From a virus (Duplodnaviria > Caudoviricetes): a stretch of 64,000 nt of DNA. Position 1 is the first letter of the stretch, and every line of letters starts with the position of its first letter. The notes under the pieces were generated by a model. The model was not told the origin of the DNA, searched no databases, and worked only from the letters and a program-made list of their open reading frames with translations. The DNA is taken from positions 1 through 64,000 of the IMG/VR virus record IMGVR_UViG_3300021400_000154; one strand, written 5' to 3'. Shown here piece by piece: positions 9,372 to 19,485 of this stretch. The position numbers and the translations under genes are program-made.

Positions 9372-10961
9372 TTACTCATCTGCTCCTGGCATGTTTCTTT
9401 CGGTCAGGTATTGTACCAATTCGGGGTATCGATTGACGTTGATGATGTCTTCCCAGGTCACCTCATGGATCTCTTCGGACGTTTTGCTCTTCGCCAGCGA
9501 TACCACATTGGACACCATCTCCAGTGACGCCATCAGCGTGTTGTACTTTAAGGTGCCACGGAAGATTCTGAACTCCACCGTATCCCGATTACTCAGGTTA
9601 ACGGCGCAGTAATGATCCGTGCAGGCATCCTTTGACTTGCGGATGGCGTTTGTCTTGGAGTCCGCTGCGGTAATGCTGGCGTTCGGCGCATAAGCATAGT
9701 TTTCCAGCGATCTCCTTTTCCTGCGGGAGAAACGCACGAACAGATCCCAGAAGCGGTCGAACAGAATAATGATCTTGGCAGCCGTATCGTCCTGTTCTTC
9801 CACGCTGTCTCCCAGCGCTGTCCTGTTGACATGGACATGCAGTCCGCAGGTGCCGAGCTTGTGGGAAGTGAAATGATAGAACAACGCCTCATTAATGATC
9901 TGCTTCCACGGAAAGCTCTGCTGATGGTACTCCAGCGTACAGGGATGCGTGACGATCTCGAATCCGCCATTGACCAGGGATCCGTCATACTTCATGTAGA
10001 ACAGATCAGTCTTGTTGTGCTCGATGGCCAGCATATCCTTGGCACACGTTTCTCTGTCGTCTCCGCCGTCCACCTCCAGTTCTACGCCCATGAACAGGCT
10101 TCGTGGATCTGCGTTCAGCTCATGCCCATGGAAGATAGGGACAGGCTTGTAGCTGTATTGATGGATGGGATTGGAATTGACACTGTACCCAAAGCTTTCC
10201 GCGCAGGCAGGGCAGAGAACCCGATCATCATCATCGGTTACGGTGTCTTCATAGCGGACAGTGCGACCGCACTCGTCGCACTCCGTAAAGTGCTGACAGT
10301 AGCACGGATAGCAGACCCGTTCGCCGCATGCGGTCATCATCTTGCTGTTAAGGAATACTTCTCCGCAGCACTCGCAGATGCCGAAGTAGTTCGTGTTGCA
10401 CAGTGTTTCGGAACTGATCCAGCCAAGCTGCGTTCTGGACGTGCCAAACAGCTTGATCGTTGTCATATCCTCCGGGATCGGCGCACCGGTGAGGAATTCT
10501 TCCGGCTGGCTGTCCGGGCGGTGGAGAAGTGTCATCCAGTCCCAGCGGATGGATGAAAAGGTGCCGATTCTATCCTCTGGCCCGTCTACCCGGATCGCTC
10601 TGACAAGACATTGCTCCACGCCCCAGGAGCCGATGTAAGCTTTCTCCACCCTGGCTTTGTAGGATTCTCCAGAAGGCAGATCCACCTGAACCAGATCTCC
10701 TGTTTGGAAATGCTCGTCTGCCCGCTGATAGATCGGCTGATCCCGCAGGTTCATACCTTCCGGCAAATCAACGACGAGCTCCAGATCATCGATGGTGTCC
10801 AAGGTAATATGGTTTCCGTGCTCAGAGCCACGGTCAAACTCGTTGACAACCAGGTATTTGTCGAAATATCGAGAGTCAAGCTTCTCGATCACCTGGAATA
10901 TGCAGCCGTAGTAGTACGTCTCCGTACGACGCACACGAACATAGGAACCTGGCTGAATCAT
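9372..10961 (-). CDS. amidoligase (COOH-NH2 ligase family) with Zn ribbons
   Basis: GVELEVD, KYDGSL, FEIVTHP, CGLHVHV, VEFRIF; several CxxC pairs. Confidence 0.85.
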   Translation of the reverse strand: MIQPGSYVRVRRTETYYYGCIFQVIEKLDSRYFDKYLVVNEFDRGSEHGNHITLDTIDDLELVVDLPEGMNLRDQPIYQRADEHFQTGDLVQVDLPSGESYKARVEKAYIGSWGVEQCLVRAIRVDGPEDRIGTFSSIRWDWMTLLHRPDSQPEEFLTGAPIPEDMTTIKLFGTSRTQLGWISSETLCNTNYFGICECCGEVFLNSKMMTACGERVCYPCYCQHFTECDECGRTVRYEDTVTDDDDRVLCPACAESFGYSVNSNPIHQYSYKPVPIFHGHELNADPRSLFMGVELEVDGGDDRETCAKDMLAIEHNKTDLFYMKYDGSLVNGGFEIVTHPCTLEYHQQSFPWKQIINEALFYHFTSHKLGTCGLHVHVNRTALGDSVEEQDDTAAKIIILFDRFWDLFVRFSRRKRRSLENYAYAPNASITAADSKTNAIRKSKDACTDHYCAVNLSNRDTVEFRIFRGTLKYNTLMASLEMVSNVVSLAKSKTSEEIHEVTWEDIINVNRYPELVQYLTERNMPGADE

Positions 10962-10990
10962 GGCTCCTCCCTCCTGATAAGTTAATAGAA

Positions 10991-11019
10991 AATACGGGGC
11001 GGATTGCCCGCCCCGTATT
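10991..11019. terminator. intergenic hairpin, probable terminator
   Basis: AATACGGGGCGG...CCGCCCCGTATT inverted repeat, T-rich on minus-strand 3' side. Confidence 0.6.
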
Positions 11020-12814
11020 AAGAGTTGAGTTGCAGTTCATCCGCGAAGGCAATGTGGTAATCGTCGTCCGCTGCGTTATTACGGACCACGAACACGCCGG
11101 GCTGGATGATCTCCGTCACCTCGGCAGGGAACGGGTTATCCCGGTCGATGTTGCACAGGACGGTGTCGCCCGTTTCAATGTCATTGGCCTCCTTGACCTC
11201 GCCCAGAGGCTCATCGGAGAAGTTGTCAAGGCCCTTCTTCGCCAGATAGGCGTTGAGCTCCGGGTACTCCTGGATCTTCACCAGATCCTCCCACGTGGCG
11301 TCCTGCACACCCAGCAGATCCCGCTCCATGGCGAGACGCACGATGTTGGACACCAGCTGGAGGTTCGCCTTGATGGTCTCCGGGTTCAGCGTGCCACGGA
11401 AAAGCCGGAACTCCACAGTGTTGGTATTGGTGATGTTCAGGGCGAAATACCGGCGCTCGTGTCCACCGTCACAAGCCTTCTTGGCCTTGCGCACAGCACT
11501 GTTGGCGTTGTCCCGGCGACTGATGCCTGCGTTGGGCTTCTTCGCCCACTCGTTCAGCTTCTCAACCTCCCGGCGGGAAAAGACCACCAGCTTCTTCCAG
11601 AACTTGTCCATCAGAAGCATCATCTTCGCCACCGTCAGATCCTGCTGGCTGCTGTCACTGCCCAGCGCACTCCGGCTCACATGCACATGCATGCCGCAGG
11701 TCGTGGTGTCATGGGAGCGGTAGCCATTAGACTTGGCGATGTTGGAAATCTCATCCCAAGGGAACTGAGTAAGGTGATACTCCAGCGTGCAGGGATGGGT
11801 CACGATCTCGATGCCGGAACCGTTCTCGTTCAGGGAGCCATCCTCCTTGCAGTAGAACAGTTCCTCATCATCGCTCTCGTCGTACAGCTCAGCCAGGCAA
11901 TCACTACGGCTGCGGCCACCGTCAATCTCCAGTTCCACACCCATGAAGAGCTTGTCTTCCGGCACGTTGTAGTACTGCCAGATGGCATTGTTCACGTCCC
12001 TGAACACAGGGCTGGGCTTGTAGGAATAGTAGTGGAGGCTGTCCGACCTCGCATTCGCCCGACGATCCCGCGCACAGCTCTCGCAGTACCAGCCGTCGTC
12101 AACCTCCTCCAGATAGTCGCTACGAACGATATCGCCGCAGCCATCGCAACGAGCGTAGGAATCGTCGTAGCAGGAGGAGCACACACAGGTGTACTCGTCC
12201 TCCTCGAAGCTCAGCACAGCACGGCCGCAGCCTTCGCAGATGCGCCAGCAATCATTGCTGGTGTCATTCAACACCAGGCCGATAGCACTCTCGTTGCGCC
12301 GCTCACCATTGTAGAGCTCGCTATAATCGTCATAGCTGTAGATCGGCGCGTAGGAGAAGAAGTCGAAGCCCACAGGAAGCTCGCCATCCTCGTCAGGATA
12401 GTGTTCCGGGTTCTCTTCGATCACTTCCAGCTGGTCCATACGAAGTACGGTATCCCTCGCGCAATAGTGAGTTTTGAAAACGACAGTCACCATGCTCCTG
12501 GCATCATAGGTCCAGTAAGAACCACCGCCGAAATGAGTGATCCGGCCTTCAAACGTGGTGCCATCGATTTGGAACCGCACACGCTGACCCATCTTCAGCA
12601 CATCGCCAGCCTTTTTGTAACAGATCTGGTTTGCCAGGTCGATCGTGCTGGCTTCCTCATCGGAGATTTCCACGCAATTGTTTTTCGAAACGTAGAAGGT
12701 ATTGCCGTCCACACCCCTCAGCTTGCGGGTACTGCTCAATGCAATTACCTCGTCAACTGCTTCGAACACGCAGTTGTGAAGGGGACTGATGATGTTTTCA
12801 ACACGAACAAACAT
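11018..12814 (-). CDS. amidoligase paralog 2
   Basis: GVELEID, KEDGSL, IEIVTHP, CGMHVHV, VEFRLF; aligns with 9372..10961. Confidence 0.85.
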   Translation of the reverse strand: MFVRVENIISPLHNCVFEAVDEVIALSSTRKLRGVDGNTFYVSKNNCVEISDEEASTIDLANQICYKKAGDVLKMGQRVRFQIDGTTFEGRITHFGGGSYWTYDARSMVTVVFKTHYCARDTVLRMDQLEVIEENPEHYPDEDGELPVGFDFFSYAPIYSYDDYSELYNGERRNESAIGLVLNDTSNDCWRICEGCGRAVLSFEEDEYTCVCSSCYDDSYARCDGCGDIVRSDYLEEVDDGWYCESCARDRRANARSDSLHYYSYKPSPVFRDVNNAIWQYYNVPEDKLFMGVELEIDGGRSRSDCLAELYDESDDEELFYCKEDGSLNENGSGIEIVTHPCTLEYHLTQFPWDEISNIAKSNGYRSHDTTTCGMHVHVSRSALGSDSSQQDLTVAKMMLLMDKFWKKLVVFSRREVEKLNEWAKKPNAGISRRDNANSAVRKAKKACDGGHERRYFALNITNTNTVEFRLFRGTLNPETIKANLQLVSNIVRLAMERDLLGVQDATWEDLVKIQEYPELNAYLAKKGLDNFSDEPLGEVKEANDIETGDTVLCNIDRDNPFPAEVTEIIQPGVFVVRNNAADDDYHIAFADELQLNS

Positions 12815-12959
12815 GGCTGTTTTCCTCCTCAGGTTTTGTCGTTTTCATCCTCTTGGTCATCACGGTAGAAAAACAAATACGAGCCGTTGTTGTCCAGCGG
12901 CTCGTTGTAGTCGAACTCGTTCTTCATGCTCCCGTCCGGGAAGTAGTCATAGGCGTCGC

Positions 12960-13529
12960 TCATGCGGCGATCACCGCCTTCTTCGTCTTCTTGGCCACAT
13001 TCGCCCGCTCTACGCTCTGAACACGCATCGCCCGGATCTCCGCACGCCGAGCGCTGATCAGTGCCCGCGCCTGCGGGTTATTGACCTGCGGAATATCGTT
13101 GGGGCCATAACCCATCAGCCACGCCACCGGCACGTTCAGAGCATTCGCGATCATCGTGGCGCGATCGATCTTCGGGCTAAACTTCTGATGCAGATAGCAC
13201 TGGATCGTGTGATAAGCGAAGGAATATCCCCAGCGCGCCGCATAGGCATTGATATAGCCATGCAGCCTGGCGACATCCACATACAGCTTATCGCCGGAAC
13301 CCTTCGTGCAGTTGTTCTCGATGCACCAACGTACCAGGCGCTGGCCCAGCGTCTCCTTACGGGCGCCAAAGCCATCCATGCGCTTGTGCGTGTAGGGATA
13401 GGTCCAGATGGGCGCGCCATTGCGCCGCTCTTCGGGCAGGTATTCAGGCTTGCCGGTGAAATCAGACTTGATCAGGTTGTTGCTGAGGTCGTAGAGATCG
13501 CAGTTGTGAGAGTCGGTGAAGTTGATCAT
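12960..13529 (-). CDS. XRE-like HTH DNA-binding protein
   Basis: IQCYL...SPKIDRATMIANALNVPVAWLMG, typical XRE C-terminus. Confidence 0.65.
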   Translation of the reverse strand: MINFTDSHNCDLYDLSNNLIKSDFTGKPEYLPEERRNGAPIWTYPYTHKRMDGFGARKETLGQRLVRWCIENNCTKGSGDKLYVDVARLHGYINAYAARWGYSFAYHTIQCYLHQKFSPKIDRATMIANALNVPVAWLMGYGPNDIPQVNNPQARALISARRAEIRAMRVQSVERANVAKKTKKAVIAA

Positions 13530-13651
13530 GGTATCTTCTCCTTTATTCTTTATTCCACTTTGAATCTGTATTGTTGGAAAGAAATGGATGAAGTGGGAGG
13601 TCTTATGCTGTGTTATAAGACATCCCACTTCACCCACTTATAGTTTCTGGA

Positions 13652-14140
13652 TCAGGCCGCAAGCTGCTTGCGCATCTTACGGGTACGCGCCTGCTTGTTC
13701 ACCTTGGTCTTGGCAATGATCGCGTTCAGGATACCCATGTCAGCTGCGAAGTCAGCCGTCCGGGGACCATAGCCTTCCAGCCATGCCACGGAGACACCCA
13801 TCGCCATAGCCAGCATATGGGTACGGTCGCTCTTGGGGCTGTACCTGTCGTGCAAATAGCCGTGCAGGCAGCTGTAGGAGAAGGTGATGCCGGTGCGACG
13901 CGCGAAAGCGTTTACATACTGCATGAACATCGTCACAGGCATGGGCTTGCCACCCACCTGGTGCTTGTTCAGCCAGAACCGGATGCGGTCGCTCAGAAGA
14001 TCCCGACGTGCACCATAGTTGTTGTCCCAGGCCTCGTAAGAGTAGGGATAGGTGCGGCGAGCGCTGGTCTTCTGGATCTTCGCGGTGGCAATGAAGGCGT
14101 TGGCGTTGTAGGCGGTGTTGGTGATCTTGGTCTTCTTCAT
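13652..14140 (-). CDS. XRE-like HTH DNA-binding protein (paralog)
   Basis: YSPKSDRTHMLAMAMGVSVAWLEGYGP; shares TYPY and WLxGYGP with neighbour. Confidence 0.65.
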   Translation of the reverse strand: MKKTKITNTAYNANAFIATAKIQKTSARRTYPYSYEAWDNNYGARRDLLSDRIRFWLNKHQVGGKPMPVTMFMQYVNAFARRTGITFSYSCLHGYLHDRYSPKSDRTHMLAMAMGVSVAWLEGYGPRTADFAADMGILNAIIAKTKVNKQARTRKMRKQLAA

Positions 14141-14376
14141 GATTCATGTCTCCTTTTTTTCTGTTCTGAATGCTCGATTATAGACGAAAGATCAATCCTC
14201 ATTGTCTCTGGGCTGATTCTTTCGACTGTATTGCTTCTTCGATTCTTTGCGCCTGGATACAGGAGAGAAACCCCAGACCTGGCGACGCTGTTTATTCATT
14301 TCTTTCTGAGCCTTCTTGCTCAGCTTCTCTTTCGGCACCATGCTGGTCATGGGGTCTTCCTCCTTTCATTTTCAGT

Positions 14377-14419
14377 AAAAAGGGGAGGTCTTATACTCTG
14401 TTCTAAGACCTCCCCATTT
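14377..14419 (-). terminator. intrinsic terminator; related hairpin at about 13590-13631
   Basis: GGGGAGGTCTTA...TAAGACCTCCCC followed by T-tract on minus strand. Confidence 0.65.
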
Positions 14420-14430
14420 TGGCTCCCTTA

Positions 14431-14823
14431 TCAGAAGGGAACTTCCTCGTCCACGGGCACGGGCTGCTCCGGCTTCGCGCTGTAGTTGGGCGCCGCAGGA
14501 GCCGCAGTCTTCGTCGGAGAGGACAGGAACTCGTGGGTCTGCACCTGGAGCTCCAGACCGGCCTGAGGCTTGCCATCCTTGGTCAGGTAGGGCGCGGGCT
14601 TCAGCGGACCGGCCACGAAGATCTTGCTGCCCTTGGTCATGTACTTGGCGATGTTCTCGCCAGCCTTGCCCCAGGCGGAGCACTTCACGTAGAAAGTGTC
14701 TTCGGGATTCCGGCCATTGACGGCAATGGAGAAGTCGGTGACGGTGGTCGCGCCAGTGGAGGCGTTGACGGTCCGGGTCTGAGGGTCACGAGTGAGGTTG
14801 CCGATGAAGGAAGCGTTGTTCAT
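14431..14823 (-). CDS. ssb: single-stranded DNA-binding protein 2
   Basis: FIGNLTRDP...FSIAVN...KCSAWG...TKGS; C-terminal DEEVPF. Confidence 0.9.
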   Translation of the reverse strand: MNNASFIGNLTRDPQTRTVNASTGATTVTDFSIAVNGRNPEDTFYVKCSAWGKAGENIAKYMTKGSKIFVAGPLKPAPYLTKDGKPQAGLELQVQTHEFLSSPTKTAAPAAPNYSAKPEQPVPVDEEVPF

Positions 14824-14959
14824 GTGATTTTCCCCTTTCTTGGGTCGTTTTATTTTCTTCATGCAAGACGCATGGAGATTCAGAGAAAGAAAAAGTCTGA
14901 GCTAACGCCCAGACCCACCAATGACGCGCCGGATGGCGCAACGTGATGATTGTGATTGT

Positions 14960-15376
14960 TCAGGAATCCCTGAGGAGCGCGTCGCGATCCTTGCGCAGCA
15001 GTTCGCGGTACGACACAATGGTATTGTGATCCTGATACTCTACATATCCGAACTCTGTCCTCATGCCGAAAAAGGTCGTGATGGACAGGAAACCATTAGG
15101 TCGCCCGTTGATCAACTCAGACGGGATCTCCCAGTAGGAACAGAAATAGCCAGAAGGCGGCTCGTTCTCCGCAGCATAGCGGTTCCGCTCCACGAGAAAC
15201 CTATAGTTTTCCCTGGAATTATACACCGCGATAATTACCTCGAAGTCGCCACAGTTCCCAAGCCTGTGTCGATACAGACAGTCCATCATAAAATCCCGAA
15301 GAGATTTCGTGATGCTCAGGTCTCTGGCATTGAGTCCCATGAGGAGCCATTGCATGTCTAAAGTGCAGATGTTCAT
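14960..15376 (-). CDS. hypothetical protein, SxWEIP paralog family
   Basis: HRLGNCG...SYWEIP...FLSITT shared with neighbours. Confidence 0.7.
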   Translation of the reverse strand: MNICTLDMQWLLMGLNARDLSITKSLRDFMMDCLYRHRLGNCGDFEVIIAVYNSRENYRFLVERNRYAAENEPPSGYFCSYWEIPSELINGRPNGFLSITTFFGMRTEFGYVEYQDHNTIVSYRELLRKDRDALLRDS

Positions 15377-15765
15377 GCGTTTCCTCCCTTCTTGGCCAGT
15401 ACTTCGCGGTATCTCTCGTACTCTTCGTTGGTCATTTCTAGAATGCCGAACTCTGTTTGCAGGCCCATATAGGTGGTGAAGGACAAGAATATATATGGCC
15501 GATTATCGATCAACTCGGGCGGGATTTCCCAGTAGGAGCGGAAGTATGAACGCGGCAGTTCGAGCTCCGCAACGAGCCGATTGTGTTCGATAGCACTGTC
15601 ATGCCATTGCCATAACTCGGCAATGGTCTCGAAGATGCCGCTGTCGCCCAGCCTATGGCGTTTCAGACGTTCCATAATGAAATCACGGAACGGTTTTGAA
15701 AGACTCAAGTGTTTGTCTTCCAATCGTCTGGTGAACCATTGGACATCGAAAGCTCCTGTGTTCAT
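15373..15765 (-). CDS. hypothetical protein, SxWEIP paralog family
   Basis: HRLGDSG...SYWEIP...FLSFTT. Confidence 0.7.
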   Translation of the reverse strand: MNTGAFDVQWFTRRLEDKHLSLSKPFRDFIMERLKRHRLGDSGIFETIAELWQWHDSAIEHNRLVAELELPRSYFRSYWEIPPELIDNRPYIFLSFTTYMGLQTEFGILEMTNEEYERYREVLAKKGGNA

Positions 15766-16169
15766 GCATCTCCTTCTTTCTTGGACAGTTCTTTACGGTA
15801 TCTATCGTACTCGGCGGAGAACATGGTCCTGAATTCGACCTCTGTTCTGTCCCTAAATGTGCAGATCTCAACGAACAGACTCTCAAGACCGGAATCGAAG
15901 TATGCCGTCGGGATCTCCCATACAGATGAGAACTTCAGGGTATAGTCCCGGTTCTGCAAACTGGTGTTGTTTTCGCCGTGGAGGAGTTTATACCACTCCA
16001 TGGCTCCCTTCCCGGTGTAGTACTCTTTCATGACTCCTTCTGAACCGGAACAGTGCGCAGCCAGAACCACTTCGAAGATCGTCCTGAAGCTTTTGTCCAG
16101 CTGGATGCCATTGTTTTTCAGGAACCCGCTGTAGAAACTAATCGCGCCTGCCTGAAACAGCTTCGGCAT
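15762..16169 (-). CDS. hypothetical protein, SxWEIP paralog family
   Basis: HCSGSEG...FSSVWEIP. Confidence 0.7.
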   Translation of the reverse strand: MPKLFQAGAISFYSGFLKNNGIQLDKSFRTIFEVVLAAHCSGSEGVMKEYYTGKGAMEWYKLLHGENNTSLQNRDYTLKFSSVWEIPTAYFDSGLESLFVEICTFRDRTEVEFRTMFSAEYDRYRKELSKKEGDA

Positions 16170-16593
16170 GCATCTCTTCCTCCACTTCTTTTAGGTACAA
16201 TTGGTAGGTGGATTTGTCAAAGACATACATGTTATAGATGGTCCCAACATCAATGTATGTAGTGATCAGCAGGAACATGTGATGTCCTGTCGCAGTGATT
16301 GCTTCTGTGGTAACGTCCCAGACAGAAGAGAAACCCTCATTGGGAACTCCATTTGGATTATCCTTGATCTGGCGCATGAACTTTGTGTTCCTGCCATGGA
16401 TCCTGTCGGCCTGATCTTTTGATGAAGCCGTCCTGTAGAAAGTGGTCAGGCAACCTTCGTTGCCGGTCGCATGGAGATCTGTCGCCAGGGAGATGTAGTC
16501 GCGAAGATCCTTGTCGATTGTGAGGTCCAGCCTCTTCAACGCGTACTTGCAGTAACTGAAGTCAAGCCTGCCAGTTTTGAAACGTTTGGCCAT
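16138..16593 (-). CDS. hypothetical protein, SxWEIP paralog family
   Basis: HATGNEG...FSSVWDV; ends in TAG. Confidence 0.7.
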   Translation of the reverse strand: MAKRFKTGRLDFSYCKYALKRLDLTIDKDLRDYISLATDLHATGNEGCLTTFYRTASSKDQADRIHGRNTKFMRQIKDNPNGVPNEGFSSVWDVTTEAITATGHHMFLLITTYIDVGTIYNMYVFDKSTYQLYLKEVEEEMHAEAVSGRRD

Positions 16594-16718
16594 GCCGCTC
16601 CCCTCACTTCATATTGTTCCTGATGCTCAGTTCCCGCATCAGTTCAGTGATGCAGTCCAGTTTCGTCTTGATCTTCTGGTTGTAGTTCTCGTAGATCGGT
16701 TTCATTTTTTATTCTCCT

Positions 16719-17345
16719 TTATTCGTCATAATGCATGAAGCTGACGCCGCTCTCTGACACAGTATAGTTCTGAATGTTGCCACCAGCCCAACCATACCCG
16801 CAGTCATAGGTTGATCCGATGTAGACAGGAAGATTAGGATCGAGATCTTTCAGAGCAGTCAACACCTCGAGCACAGTATGGAGAGGCTTTCTCGCGGAGA
16901 CCTCACGCTCATGTTCTTCCTGCTTCTTGCGATCTGCTTCCTCGATCATGGCATTGATTCCATCAGGAAGCCAACGAGCGGTAGAAGCATCAATGTAGAA
17001 AGTCCTTACCAGTTTCATCTCCCTGGTCATATCCATCATGAACCGGAGATGCCACTTGATGTCCGGCATACTCCAGAAGCTGTGGAAGCTGTAGAGATCC
17101 TCGGGACGTTCTCCACGCATTATGGTTGTATAGGTATCTTTGTTGAGCTTTCCCATGCACCATGCCTTTTCATCGCCCTCTGCTCCCTTCAGGAACAGTT
17201 CATATTTCGCATGAATGAAAGTCTTGAGCCGAGCGGCAAAGTCATCAGGAAGCACAGCGCAGAGTTCTTCAAAGGAGAAATCGTAGTGCGCAGTATGGAA
17301 ACCTTCAAGGCGAAGTCCTTCCGGGATCAGTTCTTCCGCTTTCAT
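16719..17345 (-). CDS. hypothetical protein
   Basis: GAGGAGG RBS; GAEG...FHSFWSMP resembles the family above; C-terminal TVLEVLTALKDLD module. Confidence 0.65.
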   Translation of the reverse strand: MKAEELIPEGLRLEGFHTAHYDFSFEELCAVLPDDFAARLKTFIHAKYELFLKGAEGDEKAWCMGKLNKDTYTTIMRGERPEDLYSFHSFWSMPDIKWHLRFMMDMTREMKLVRTFYIDASTARWLPDGINAMIEEADRKKQEEHEREVSARKPLHTVLEVLTALKDLDPNLPVYIGSTYDCGYGWAGGNIQNYTVSESGVSFMHYDE

Positions 17346-17676
17346 TTTCATCCTCCTCTTCGGCAAAGAATTGTTCACTGATCTGGTCATATGCTTCATC
17401 GTAACTTGAAGCAACTACCATGAATTCTTCGCCTGCGAAGTACACGCTGTACTCTCTCTGTTCTGGCCTTTTTGCTTCAATGAGAAGCATGGCACTGTTT
17501 TCTTCTTTTTCTTTGCCTACTGCGAAATTGATGCCATCGAAGAAGTCTCCGCAGTCCTCACCTTCTCCTGTATTTGTCCGAATATGCAGAGGAAGATTCT
17601 GATCCAGGGCCTTCAGAGCCTTTACAAGCTCGCCCACTGTGGTAATCTTTTTGTACGCGACACAGTATTCAAGCAT
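17305..17676 (-). CDS. hypothetical protein
   Basis: AAAGGAG RBS; TTVGELVKALKALD motif. Confidence 0.65.
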   Translation of the reverse strand: MLEYCVAYKKITTVGELVKALKALDQNLPLHIRTNTGEGEDCGDFFDGINFAVGKEKEENSAMLLIEAKRPEQREYSVYFAGEEFMVVASSYDEAYDQISEQFFAEEEDENESGRTDPGRTSP

Positions 17677-17690
17677 GCAGTATTCTCCTT

Positions 17691-17909
17691 TCAGATAACA
17701 CCGTTTTCCACCAGCCAGCTGTTGTTCTTCATGACTTCAATGAGATCATGCTGCGTTTTCAACACAGCGATGATTTCTTTCAGATCCTTGACTTCCATTA
17801 CAACTTTGTCTTTGCGGTCAGAATCGAAAAAGCTGTCCAGAAAAATTTTGATAATGAGTTCCATGACTTCTTCGTAAGTCATTGTTGTTGTCTCTCTTCT
17901 TGGTTTCAT
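17691..17909 (-). CDS. hypothetical protein
   Basis: RBS, operon packing. Confidence 0.55.
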   Translation of the reverse strand: MKPRRETTTMTYEEVMELIIKIFLDSFFDSDRKDKVVMEVKDLKEIIAVLKTQHDLIEVMKNNSWLVENGVI

Positions 17910-17921
17910 TGTTGTCTCCTT

Positions 17922-18215
17922 TCAGTCGATCCAGTCGATTCTTCGTCCGCAGTTAGGACAGAAGGTGTAGGAGCGGAAAAGGATCTCGTCGCACTTGCCA
18001 CAGTGTTCCCATGTGCGACTGTCAATCTTCGGTCTTGGCATCTCCAGTTGGGGCTTCAGGAAGCGAACCACGTCCTGCCCCAACAGGTATGTGCAGTTGT
18101 CCATTTCGCGGTAGGGACACGTCTTGCACTTGTAGGCTGCCGCCTGGGTGCAGCACTCCACACCGCGAAGAACAACGTCCAAACTCTTGCGAACGGCATT
18201 GGTTATGGTTGACAT
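17922..18215 (-). CDS. Cys-rich Zn-ribbon protein
   Basis: CKTCPY, CGKC, FCPNCGRRIDW. Confidence 0.7.
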   Translation of the reverse strand: MSTITNAVRKSLDVVLRGVECCTQAAAYKCKTCPYREMDNCTYLLGQDVVRFLKPQLEMPRPKIDSRTWEHCGKCDEILFRSYTFCPNCGRRIDWID

Positions 18216-18228
18216 GTTTGCCTCCTGA

Positions 18229-18453
18229 TTATTCGCCAAGGTATTTGTCGTCGATGACGATCGTCGCCTGACCATCGTACTCGAACTCCGGTTCGGGCTT
18301 CGAGATGCGGATGTAGGAGATGGGACCACCGATGGAACCAGCGCCCCATTCGTCGTTATTGAAGACGTATGTCACGGAAATGTAGGCGTTGTCGCGAAGG
18401 GGAGCCAGAGCCTCGATCAGCTCCTTCTTCGTCGTTGCGGTAATGCGGGACAA
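18229..18453 (-). CDS. hypothetical protein
   Basis: TTG start after AAGGAGG. Confidence 0.55.
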   Translation of the reverse strand: MSRITATTKKELIEALAPLRDNAYISVTYVFNNDEWGAGSIGGPISYIRISKPEPEFEYDGQATIVIDDKYLGE

Positions 18454-18642
18454 GCCGATACCTCCTTGTTTTGCATACAAAAAACCGGGAGGATCGCCCG
18501 GCTTTATAATGGTGGTATTGAAGTTCTGTTGACTTTGATTTTGTGTGATATTTGACTTGTTTCTGTGCTGGAAGTGGTAGTGAAGGGAGGAAAGAGAGGG
18601 AAAAGGGAGGAGAAAGTGGGAAATTGTCCCTATTTTACCATC

Positions 18643-19026
18643 TCAAATCTCTGAAAACCCTTGATTCCCCTGTATTTCCGCCTTGATCAAGAGCGCTAAG
18701 TCCCATGGAGTATGGGTTTGCACGTCTCCATCATCGAAATCGAAGCCCATCGTCTCGAGTTTGCCATATTCCTTGTCATAGGAGAACTTATGGATGATGG
18801 CATCACCTTTTGCGTCCCTGAAGAAGAACTGGTATCCTCCGAAGATGACGCGGACTTCGGAGATCTTCACATCAACGGCGTCGCAGAAAACAATGAAGGT
18901 TGCGGCGTTAACTGTAAAGAGCTCCGGGATATCTTTATTGAGTTCTTTGTCAAAGTCCGAGAGACCTTCGACATTGTCGTTGAACTTGATGTGGTAGGCT
19001 TCACAGAACTCCTTGACGAGGTTCAA
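18643..19026 (-). CDS. hypothetical protein
   Basis: TTG start after AAAGGAG. Confidence 0.6.
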   Translation of the reverse strand: MNLVKEFCEAYHIKFNDNVEGLSDFDKELNKDIPELFTVNAATFIVFCDAVDVKISEVRVIFGGYQFFFRDAKGDAIIHKFSYDKEYGKLETMGFDFDDGDVQTHTPWDLALLIKAEIQGNQGFSEI

Positions 19027-19059
19027 TCCATCATCTCCTTTATGTCCAATAGAGAAAGC

Positions 19060-19440
19060 ATCAACCTTAAGGAACTTGTAGAACTTGAATGCTGTATTTA
19101 AAATACTTAGTATTATTAGAATACCGAGTACTTAAAGACAGTACTTAAGATTCTACAAGGAACTTAAGTTTGATACTTAAGATACACTCAGAACTTAAGA
19201 TTAGTACTTAAGATTCTCCGAGTAACTTAAGTAGTTTATCTAAATACGGTTTCTTTTATATCCCTTATTTTGAAATCCTTATTTAAGGGAACCGTATTAT
19301 GATAAGTACTACCGAGTTATCTAAGAGAATCTAATCATAGATTCTGAGTATTGTAGAGATATTGAGTACTTTGTTTTTATTTTAGTTACTATTGACTTAA
19401 GTTGTATTTTATATTATTTTATTTAATATAATACAACGTA
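19060..19440. repeat. AT-rich non-coding region with repeated ACTTAAG (candidate replication origin)
   Basis: seven ACTTAAG copies counted by hand (19143-19402), no ORF, far more AT-rich than flanks. Confidence 0.6.
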
Positions 19441-19485
19441 AGTCTCCGATCTCCTCCTTTCTGTTGTTGTTTTTTGCGAAAGATT

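Noticed and set aside
444-12868. Long plus-strand ORFs (444..2807, 2485..3894, 8494..9612, 11030..12868; likewise 40480..42312 on minus)
   Set aside because: Antisense shadows of GC3-rich genes with recognisable motifs; no RBS or domain signal.
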